A program made the position numbers and the translations under genes. The notes below the pieces were generated by a model, which was not told the origin of the DNA, made no database searches, and worked only from the letters and a program-made list of their open reading frames with translations. A stretch of DNA of 64,000 bases from Glaucostegus cemiculus. Its lineage: Eukaryota. Positions 26,596 through 36,880 of the stretch are shown here, one piece after another (within the stretch, counting starts at the first letter, position 1; each line of letters begins with the position of its first letter). The stretch covers positions 31,620,001 to 31,684,000 of the forward strand of contig CDPCPM010000010.1 in NCBI GenBank assembly GCA_976551045.1, written 5' to 3'.

Positions 26596-28074
26596 GGAAG
26601 AATTTTCTTGGAATTTCAAGTAAATCATAAAGGTGACACTGGTATTGACACAGTGGGTGTTCATTCAACAGATATGAATTGCTAGCAATTTATATTTTAA
26701 AATGTTACTAAACTGTAAGGTATTATCAACTGATAAAAACATATGGACTAGGAGCAGGAGTCAGCCGTTTGTCCTTTAAGCCTGGTCTGCTATTCAGGGC
26801 GAACAGCTTTTATTCCAAAGTAACATTTCAACAGTCCCCTGTCTCAGCGCTGGTTATTTTACTTAACAAGGGCCACTTCCCTAGAGTGCTACACAGAAGA
26901 AAATCTGTGGAAGACAATGATGTGGATGTTGGGCCGAGTTCTTGATCTCCACACTGTCCACTGGGACATAGTTTTACAACTGTAGGGATTGACCGTGGCC
27001 CAGTGGTCCAGCCGTGTGAGGAGCTCGAAGAACCGTGACTGCGTGTCCTCAGTGACTGATCTCAGATGGAGCCTCCCTGCAGATACGCAGAATGGAACTG
27101 GGTTTTACAAATAGGAATGAATGAAAGTGAGCCCAGGTCTCCCCTCTCCCTCCCAGGACCAGTACACACCCTGAGAGAGCGGGATCTCAGGAGGGGGCGG
27201 CCTCTGTGCTCTCACTCAGCGAATTATTTACAGCCGAGCGCCAGTGACTGGAAGATTGCCAGAAAAAAAATCATCATGGATTATTGTTGTGAAAAACGCT
27301 TAATGCGAGAACAATTACACGAAAGGAGTGTTTTACTAACTTTCCGCGAGAATTGTTGAACGTCCCTGATGACTGCTTGCTTGGGAATTGTGATTGTGAT
27401 GAAGAAGCTGACCTACAATCAAATGGAAAAGTATTTGCTTTTATCGTTGAACTATTATTGTTGTACAGGCGATCAGGGACTTGAGCTTTTCCCTTCTCAC
27501 CCCGGTCACTGACCTGGCCATCTCATTGCTGAATCTGTGTTAAATGTACAACACTCAGTCAGTTAAGATAATTTATCATCTGACTAAATCATGTCTATCT
27601 TCTCCCTGCCTATGAACTGGTAATGTTAAATATTTCATTAAGTTGTATACCTACATACATTCTGAGTGGTAATAAAGGAATAATTTCTCATTCATGGTTT
27701 GCTCTGTTTTGTTTACTTGATGTATTAAATACACAAAGGCTTTTTTTTACATGTTAGAAGGTTTAAACCCAAAATCAAAGGGGGAAGTGAAATCTTCAAA
27801 GCTCGGCCTGCTTGGACCAAATCATAAAGATTAAACATCAGTACAACTGCTGCATAACTTGACTGATGCTGGAATGCTGGGGTGGGATGGATGGAGTGAT
27901 GCAGTATCAGTTTGAACGATCCCTCTCTCCTTTTCCAAACCCCTGAAGGCCGAAGGTCTAGTCTACTCATTCTGTCCTCAAACAGCAAACGCTCCACCCT
28001 GTTTTCAGGGTCATACCTCAATTACTGCAAAGGTATCCAACTCCAGGCTCTGTCTACTCTCTGCAGATCATTCA

Positions 28075-28219
28075 NNNNNNNNNNNNNNNNNNNNNNNNNN
28101 NNNNNNNNNNNNNNNNNNNNNNNNNNNNNNNNNNNNNNNNNNNNNNNNNNNNNNNNNNNNNNNNNNNNNNNNNNNNNNNNNNNNNNNNNNNNNNNNNNNN
28201 NNNNNNNNNNNNNNNNNNN
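28075..28219. other. Assembly gap (145 N)
   Basis: Run of N. Confidence 1.
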
Positions 28220-28789
28220 TCAACACATCAGCGGCCCAGTAGGTGTCACTGTTTAGCCCCCTCCCAGGTTCTTCAAACGGTATTGGCCTGGGCTGTGCTG
28301 AGGGAGGCGACTCCCGCACTCGGATTCCCCAAGGTCCTGCAGTCACTTGGGTTCGATCCGTGAGGCCATACCCTGCCTGACGGCATCCTGGAGCCGGTCA
28401 GTGAGGCCTTATCTGACAATGGGACCGAGTCCAGTGCTGTTCTGTCATGTGGATGGGACAGAACCAGCTCCGCTCCCACAAGTGTGGAGAATTCATCTGA
28501 CAGCAGGCAAAGGCACACCCCCAGGTTTGTCCTCTGTTGAAGCTGTTGGAATGTTTCTGAACGACCCCAAATTTCAATAGTATCCATGTGAATTAAAATT
28601 AAATAAACAAATATGTTTTCGGTTTAATAAATATAATTTTAAATAGAAAATCCTTTGAAAATGCTTCAAAAACCAGAGGAACGAAAACAGCAAATGCTCG
28701 AAATAAAAAAGATAAACAGAAAATGAAAAGATCCTCATCTATGGAAAGAAAAACAGAGATAAAGCTTCAGGTCAATGACCCTTCCACGT

Positions 28790-29550
28790 TGTGCTGATCT
28801 TGATGCCAATTTATTGTAAACGTTCTCCTGCTGTGTGTCATCCATATCCCTCCATTCCCTTCATATTCATGAGTCCATCTAAAACCCTCTTCATCTCTAC
28901 CAAACTGCCTGCTTCCACTACTACCCCTGGTAACCCGTTCCAGGTACCTACCACAATCTGCAGAAAATAATACCTCCCAGGTCGCCTTTAAACAGCTTCC
29001 CCCCGCCCCCCCCCCCAACCTCTGGCGTTTGACATTGCTACCCTGGGGAAAGATTCTGACTCTACCCTATCTATGCCTCTCATAATTTAAAAATCTTCAG
29101 GTCTTCCCTCATCCTCTGTCACTCTAGGGAGAACAACCAAAGTTTGTCCAACTTTTCCTCATAGCTCCTACCTTCAAATCCAGGCAGCATCCTGGTAAAC
29201 CTATTCTGTGCTCCTTCCACAGTATCCACATCGTTTCTGTAATGGGGCGACCAAATATCCACAAAATTCTCCAAATATTGTCTAACTAAAGTTTCATATA
29301 GTTACATCATGACTTCTCTACTCTTATACTCAACACCCTTACATTCCATATGCCCTCTTTATCACCTTATCCACTTGTGTAGCTACTTTCAGTGAACTAT
29401 AGACCTGGACCCCAAGATCCCTCTGTACCTCAATGTTGTTAAAGGAAGCTCCCATTAACTGTATACTTTCTTCTTTCATCTGACTTCCCAAAGTGAAACA
29501 TCTCATACTTTTCCGGATTAAACTCCATCTGCCACTTCTCTGCCCATATC
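28790..29550 (-). mobile_element. CR1-type LINE 3-prime fragment
   Basis: Colinear with 8110-8610 (gaccccaagatccctctgta, ccatctgccacttctctgcccatatc). Confidence 0.8.
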
Positions 29551-29904
29551 AGGCAGCACCTGTGGAGAGAGAAAGTATGATCTTTACATCAGAACTGTGA
29601 AAAGTAAGAGATCGAACCCAGAGTCACACAGCACAGAAACATGGACTTTGGCCCAGTGGGTTTGTGCAGACCAGCAAGCACCCATTTACAGTCGCAACTG
29701 TTTTTTCTCTCCACACTTCCCTTGGCTTCCCACAGATTCTAATATTTGTTAATAAGACTCTAATAATTCTCAATGGTGGGGACATTTTACTGTGGCCAAT
29801 TAACCCACTAACCAACTTGCCTTGGGTATGTGAGAGGAAGTTGGAACAGCCAGGAGAAACCCACACGGTCAGAGAGCAAACTCCGCACAGACATCAGAGG
29901 TCAG

Positions 29905-30410
29905 GTCAGCAGAATGGTGAGGGACAAAGAAAATCTCAAACAGTCCCAGAGCTGGGAAACTGGAAAAAACAAATCCAATTCACGATGGAAAGTTTTGTAT
30001 TGACCAGACAACAAATAGGACTGTTGAAAGTATGTATCCTATCAGATGCTGGTCATTGAGCTGTGAGTAACCCCTTTATTGCTGTTTTGGGAGAAAATGG
30101 AACAAAACCGATTGGCATTTAAAAAAAAAACACATTGGAACAGGAGTAGTTCAATGAGTAAATTGTACAAGATCTCTGAACCCTGTGTTCAGACTTTAGG
30201 TCCCATTTAAACCAGTCCTTTCCCTGAAGTGAGACTGCAGTGAGGTCTTCGACCTTGACACTGAGTGAAAGAGTCCAGAGACTGAGCAGCAAAGCGCCAA
30301 GAACAGTGGCACACAACAAGCTGAGGTCCTCATACTCTGCACAGTCACTGACGCCCTCTCTTGTGAACCAACATGACAGGCGAGCTTCCATTCCCTCTTC
30401 AGCTCAGCTG
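29905..30410 (-). repeat. Module copy 3, inverted, donor degenerate
   Basis: Same orientation as and colinear with 418-1006; donor reads AAG|GTCGAA. Confidence 0.68.
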
Positions 30411-32366
30411 ACCAACATGATTGGTGTTAAACACACAGAGCTGAGCTTAACCACCATCCCGAAAAGGAAACAGTGGAAACTGACCAAGCTCAAAAGAATT
30501 TCTGGGGATACCAGTCTTGGTACCTTGTTGTGTTGGATGTTGCAGGGGATCTCAGATGGCAGAATACACCCCAGGTCAGAGAATCTGTTGCTTTATTATC
30601 GTGAGTGATACTCTGAAGGATTGGGGTCATATTTAAGAAATGCATTGCTCTCAGATCAGCCGCTGAATTTAACTATTCTCACCCTTCCCCGTGCCTCCAG
30701 CCATGAGTATTTACCTCATTCGTATCCCGGGGATGGGTTAGTAAAACCCAAAACACAAGTTCAATACAGCTGTAAGGATAAGTTGTGGTGCATCTAACAC
30801 ATTCCGGAGGGAGCATTGGGAGACAACTGGTCCTGTGAAGTGAGATGATTTGTGATGAGATGAGAGAGAAAAAAGTCAGGAAACAATGGAATCAGACGCA
30901 AATGGATTTCAACCTTCTCACAGCGATCTCTAGGACACTGGATCGGACCCTTGCTGCAAATGTTATGCACTGCTTTGCTCGTCTAGTTATAGAAAGCATT
31001 TTGGTTCTGAATCACTAACTCTGTTTCTGGTCCTATAGATGCTGCCTGACCTGCTGAGTGTTTCCAGCGCCTGCAATCTCCGACGTTTACAGGAAGGAGA
31101 CTGTTGCATTTGGAAGTTTTCAGAGGCCAGCATGGAAGATGCTTCTGGAGGTCAGGAGTTTAATTGATCAGGATGGATTAACTAGGTTGTTCTTGTCCAT
31201 TTTCCTGTGCTTGGCTTTTCCTGGTGCTCATTGCCCAGATGGATTTCCACCGTAAATGCTGGGGAATTGCTGCAGCTTCTCACTGTGCCGCAGAGAATGG
31301 ATGACGGTGATCAATCGAATCACACCAATCCATGAGACACATTGTTACCCAAGGATTTATTCTCATCTGTTGACCCCCGAGGTCTATAAACATTGTTTTG
31401 TGCATGTCCTCACTCCACATTTTCAATGGAAATGCTGGGTTACATCAAATTCACTGGGTAGTTTAGTTTTTGTCGTTTCAACTTTAGCTTCAAACAAATC
31501 AGGATCCTGTCCGAATTAACTGACACACCCTTCCATGTTTACATTTAAAAACGTTGAACAGATGCACAATACCATGGCGCCTCCCGAGTTTAGGGGTAAT
31601 ACCACTCTTTGTCCCATAGTATCACATAGCACGTCGCAAAGTAAGTTTCCCTTTATATCTGGTTAAGCTGAATTAGTTCTGCACAGCGTGCATTTTACTT
31701 TTGCTCACAGACCGGCATGTTATCAGAGATATTTCCTTTGTTCCTTCCATCCCTCCCCTACATCGCTATGCCGTCAACGTAACTTGTTTTCTCTCTTTCC
31801 CGGTTTTGCGGAAGGATCTTCGGCCTGAAACGTTAATTCTGTTTCTCATAATTCACACTCAAACCACAAGACAGACTGAATCTCTGATGGCGAACACCCT
31901 GAGGGGAAGAGGGCGTAATGGGGCATGGAAATATATGAATTTTCAAAAGAAAACATCGGCGTTGCATTATGAATATCCCTGATTACGACTTAAACACTGC
32001 GCTATGCTGATAATTTACCTGTAAGAAATAGCTCGTTGGCATTACGGAGAAGTTGTGCATCACTTCCACAGTGAGCAGCTCATTATGTCCATACTTGTCA
32101 GAATATAATGGCACAAACTGGATGCATGTCTCACATAGGAGGCATGACTTGGTACGGCATAGTTCAGTCACGGAGGCTGTAAATGACAATTTACACGAGT
32201 AACACTACAAGGAGAGAATTATTCTGCTGTCCTGCAGAGAACAATGAAGTAGAGAACTCAGTTCCCTCCCGTGGGAGAGCGGCTGTTGCAGAATTTCCTG
32301 CAGGTGACATCTAGCCTTCGACCAGAAAGGCAGCAAGAAACAAAGGGTCGGGGTGCCTCGGGGACG

Positions 32367-32427
32367 ATGTTGAGAGGGCTGGTCATATCTTTCTTCATCC
32401 TGCTGCCTGGGTCCGTTTTCACACAAG
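32367..32427 (+). CDS. Gene B leader (signal peptide) exon
   Basis: ATG 32367, MLRGLVISFFILLPGSVFTQ, donor g|gtgagt, phase 1. Confidence 0.85.
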
Positions 32428-32559
32428 GTGAGTGGACAAAGGTTTTCAAACATTTATCTAGCCAGAGGTGGTTCTTTTCCACAATTGGTACTTCTAATCC
32501 CGTTAGCGAATGAGCTGTAATTCATTCTAAACTTGCTGATGTCTTCCATTTTGTCGCAG

Positions 32560-32898
32560 AAGAGTCCCTTGCTCTTTATGTCCCGGTAGGGAAAATGTCC
32601 ATCGTCCTGAATGGATCGGATATTCCCGCCGGTGGCACTGCTGTCTGGGAATGGAGACCACACCGGGGGCAGCCCAGCACAAAGGCGCTGGTCGAGGTGA
32701 AGGCGGAGGGACGCGGCTGGAGAGCAGAATGGCTCAGTGAAGGTCTGAAGAGCCACGGACCCAGGTGGCATCGGATCAACGACTCTCGCCACCTTACCAT
32801 CGAAAAGGCTGCTTTTGAAGCTGCCGGTCTGTTTATCATCAGACAGACGGAACCTGAGAGGAAAATACTGAAACAGTGTGAAATATTTCTCATCAAAG
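32560..32898 (+). CDS. Gene B D1, V-like Ig domain lacking the canonical disulfide
   Basis: gtcgcag|AA acceptor, g|gtaggt donor; EESLALYVPVGKMSIVLNG...VWEWRPHRGQ...FEAAGLFIIRQTEP...EIFLIK; homologous to D1 of A and C. Confidence 0.85.
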
Positions 32899-33921
32899 GT
32901 AGGTGGACGAAGAATAGTGAACTTGATCAGACATTACTATGTAATAATAAGGGTTTCGCATGTTGCTTCGGGCAATTCTGGAACGATTGTGAAAATTAAT
33001 TCAAAATATTTCACTGAAATATGTTCGATGATGACGAAGAAAGAAAATGTATTTTTCTCTAGCATTCTCCACTCATTCCCCGCCTCCCATATGCCCAGTG
33101 ACTGTGGATCAGACTGTCAGTGACTGTAAGGTGCTTCAATATTCTAAAGTTGAGAAATTCTGCATTCTCGCTGCTTCTTTAATCTACACTCTTGGTTTTG
33201 CCCACTTCCCCCTTCAGTTCAGACAGAGAAAATAACAGTTCTAATTTTAAAAACGTGAACCGATCTGGTTGTCTGTGTCTCTGTTCCATCTCACAGATGC
33301 TGCAATGGTTGTAGTCTGCAACTGTACTCAGCACGTGGTTATTGCTTCGGTCCCTCCCTGGCCTTGCCATTCCGACACAGACAGTGAAACTATCAGGTGG
33401 GCCGTGTTATTTTCAGCTGGATCTGGTCCGTGATGTTACTCCTGTGCCGAGATAATTCTTTCTCTGTCCAGTGAAGACTGACGGTATCAGGGAACCAGGA
33501 GATGGTACAGCTGAGGGTGTCATATAAAGTTGTACAGCACAAAAACAGGACGTTCAGTGCACCAAGTCTGCGCTAACCATCTAACAGGCATTTATATTAA
33601 TCCTGCACTAACTCCATTTTATTCTCCCCACATTTCATCAACTTTATAGGACAATTATCTCTCCATTACTGCTGATCACCTCCCTGACACCCTCCCTGTA
33701 ACCTCAATTACCTCCACCCTTTCTCACCCAACCAGGTCCCATGAACTGTGGTTTCTTTCCCATATCATGTTTATTCCTGTGTTGTACAGTATTCATCATT
33801 TCCAAAGGCTGGTAATGTTAAGTTATGAATGAGTAAATGAAGGTGAACCACCTCCTAGGGTAACAATTCCAAATCATTCCAGATTCTCTCATTACTTTAT
33901 TTCATTTCCTTTAACATACAG

Positions 33922-34191
33922 TCGAGTGGGATCCCCGGTATCAGTATCTGGGCAGTGATGTCACCCTCAGCTGTACCATCTCCAGGCTCCCTGACACCGT
34001 CAGCCTTCACTGGACAGAGAAAGAATCATCTCGGAACAAGAGGAACAACACAGACCAGATCCAGCTGAATAACACAGTCTATCTGATAGTCCGTGATGTC
34101 CAAACACAGGATAAGGAACGATATGCTTGTGAAATACAAGATTATGGAAGAACAGTCCTCACTGTTAACAATGAATTGTATCTCAATCTAT
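33922..34191 (+). CDS. Gene B D2, C2-type Ig domain (missed by the ORF track)
   Basis: atacag|TC acceptor, t|gtaagt donor, 270 nt like D2 of A and C; [31 protein letters not shown]...[25 protein letters not shown]. Confidence 0.9.
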
Positions 34192-34339
34192 GTAAGTGCA
34201 AAATCTGTAGTCCAAATCTGTAAATATCAGCTCATGCTATAACACCATTGCACCATGTTTCAGAAAGATACCTTTGTTAGCCTGTGCCTAAATGGCCATC
34301 TTCAGGTCAAAACCAGCCCCAGACTAATTGAGACACAAG

Positions 34340-35146
34340 AGGGACTGTAGACACTGGAATTCTGGAGTAGCACACACAAAATGCCAGAGGATCTCAGCAG
34401 GTTAGGCAGCATCTATGGAGGGAAATAAACAGTCAATATTTCGGGTTGAGACCCTTCATCAGGACTGGAAAGAAAGAGGACAGAATCCAGAATAAAAGGG
34501 CTAGTTGTGGGATGGGGGGGGGGGGGTGGAGAGCAATGGGGAGCAAAGATCATGGAATAAAGGGAAGGAGGTAGGAAGATTGTGAGGGGAGGGGGAAACA
34601 AAGGGGTGAAGGGGCCACAGGATTGAGGGAAAACAAAGGAGGGTGAAATCAGAGGGGAATATTCTCCAACCTGATGGCATCAACATTGATTTCTCTAACT
34701 TCCAGTAACCACACCCCTCTGTTGCACCCTCCCATGTTTTCCTGTTTTCCTATGGCCCCTTTACCCCTTCTCTTCCTCCTGTCCTGTCCTCATGACCTGC
34801 CCATTACGCACACCGTCTCTCTGGTTCCCCATCTCCTTCTCTTTAGTCCATGGTCCACTGTCCTCTTCTATCAGATTCCTTCCCTTCAGACCTTTGCCTC
34901 TTCCACCTGTCACCTCCCAGCCTGTCACATCATTCCCACCCCACCCCTACTTACCTCTGCCCCTCACCTGGACTCACCTGTCACCTGCCAGCTCATGCTC
35001 CTACCTCATCTCCCCACACCTTTTATTCTAGATTCTGCTCTCTTTCTTTCCCATCTTGATAAAGGGTCTCGACCTGAAACGTCAACTGTTTATTTCCCTC
35101 CATAGATGCTGCCTGACCTGCTGAGTTCTTCCAGCATTTTATGTGC
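34340..35146. mobile_element. Penelope-like element with inverted terminal repeat
   Basis: Terminal motif on minus strand at ~34375-34500 and on plus strand at ~35020-35146; ccaacctgatggcatcaacattgatttctctaacttc end of the GIY-YIG ORF between them. Confidence 0.75.
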
Positions 35147-35437
35147 CAACCTGATTGAAATCTGTTCGCATTTCCTTTCTTCTGTTTGTGTGGTGTGAAT
35201 ATTTCCTTGAGCAGATTCAAACTGCACAGCTTCGGGGTTAGAAAAGCTGCTAACACAACGTACTGCAGACATTGGAATCTGGACCAAAAAAACAAACTGC
35301 TGGAGGAAGCCAGTGGGTCACTCAGCATCTGTGCAGGGAAAGTGTTGTGGATGTTTCAGGTCGAGACCCTGCAATTTGTTGTTTAGGAAAGCTTCTTCCT
35401 CAATGCTCCATTTGGTCAGTAAGCAAACAGCATTTTG

Positions 35438-35846
35438 TGTCATGATTCTGAGTACTGGTCCTTGATTTGGTCCCTTAGATGCCTTGTTGTACAGCACATG
35501 GATTCCATGCTGGACTGATTGCATAATGACACACACCTGAGCCCCATCAGGGGCCTAGCATAAGTACCTGGGTTTCTCTAGCACTAGTGGCCAGAGTATT
35601 GGTCAACCTTGAAGATTCAGTTTGGTTCCTCTCTGCTTAAAGACGTTTACTCCAGAGCAGTCCTGTGTTCTCTAGTCCTGCTTGAAGATTCAGTTCATGT
35701 TGGGATTACTACTCAGATCTCCGAGGCAACATTTCCTTCCAGTGTTTCCTGTGTCCGGTCCTGAGGAAGAATCCTGACTCCAGTCTTGTACCAGTGTGCT
35801 GCATTTGGGTTCTCTGTGATCTTGCTCTTCAATCAACATTGTGACA
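35438..35846. mobile_element. Solo LTR, 409 bp
   Basis: Starts TGTCA, ends TGACA, flanked by TTTTG at 35433-35437 and 35847-35851. Confidence 0.7.
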
Positions 35847-36502
35847 TTTTGATCCCAGTTGAGATTCATCTTTCTGAAAAGGCTTCACTTTCACAGGCTA
35901 CAAGACAACAGTGTGAGCAGTTAGAAGCTACTGATACTGGTGGAGGTTTGATGATGATACTGATCCTCTTGCTTATATTGGCACCATTGATGCTTGTGGT
36001 GCTGTTGAGCAGAGAGTTGGTGATTCTGCTCATTCATGCTCATTCTAACTGCTGCCGTTGATGCCAATTTTGACAATAGATCTGTTGTTGGTGCAGAAAT
36101 GAGTGAATGTGCTGGATCTGGAGCGGATGCATGGATTCACGTTGTTTTGTCCTGGCATTAGTGTTGGCCCCAGTGCTGTCCTGATGCACTCCTTGCTTGT
36201 GCCAGTTTGAATTGTTGCTCTGAAAAATGGAGCTTCATGAATTTCCAGAAGTTGGATTTGTGTTATTCTTGCTCATCTGGTGACACGGCAATTAGTCCCA
36301 TCATTTAATAATCAGGAACATTTGTAATGGAGGAACAGCAAGGCCTGAGCACAATGGAAGCTGGTTCCTCTCTCTCCTGACACCAGGACCTGAACTTGGT
36401 GCTGGATGCTTCAGTGGATGTTCACACTGAGCCCTGAGCCATGAATAACTGAAGCAGTGTCAGATCAACTGATAACAACTTATGTTTCTGTCTCTCCCTG
36501 TC

Positions 36503-36534
<32 letters not shown>

Positions 36535-36554
36535 ATGTCCTTTACCTTCTGTAG

Positions 36555-36880
36555 TCGTAACCACACCAACACACACCATTATGTTCTATCGTAAAGGGAC
36601 ATTCACCAATAGAAACCCAGTTTGTAACACAAGCACATACAAAATGCTCCATTGATTTAAGAGAGATTTAAGTGACTGCACCAAGAAAGTCACTGAGTGG
36701 AAATGAGAAAAAGGAGGTGTCAAAGAGTGCCCAGAAAGCAATGGGTCAGGTTGCAGGTGAAGAGGGCTGAGATACAGATTGGGAGTATGGAGTTTAATGG
36801 GGGATACATTCAATGCACCAGTGACTGGTAAATGTCTGAAATACCTGTGAGGCAGCTACCAAAACATAATAGAGAGACTA
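36555..36880 (+). pseudogene. Decayed D3-like exon of gene B (in-frame TGA at 36653)
   Basis: Long pyrimidine tract then ctgtag|TC in phase 1; FYRKGTFTNRNPVC resembles [15 protein letters not shown]; TGA near the expected Trp; later RL and FNG remnants in shifted frames. End approximate. Confidence 0.5.
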
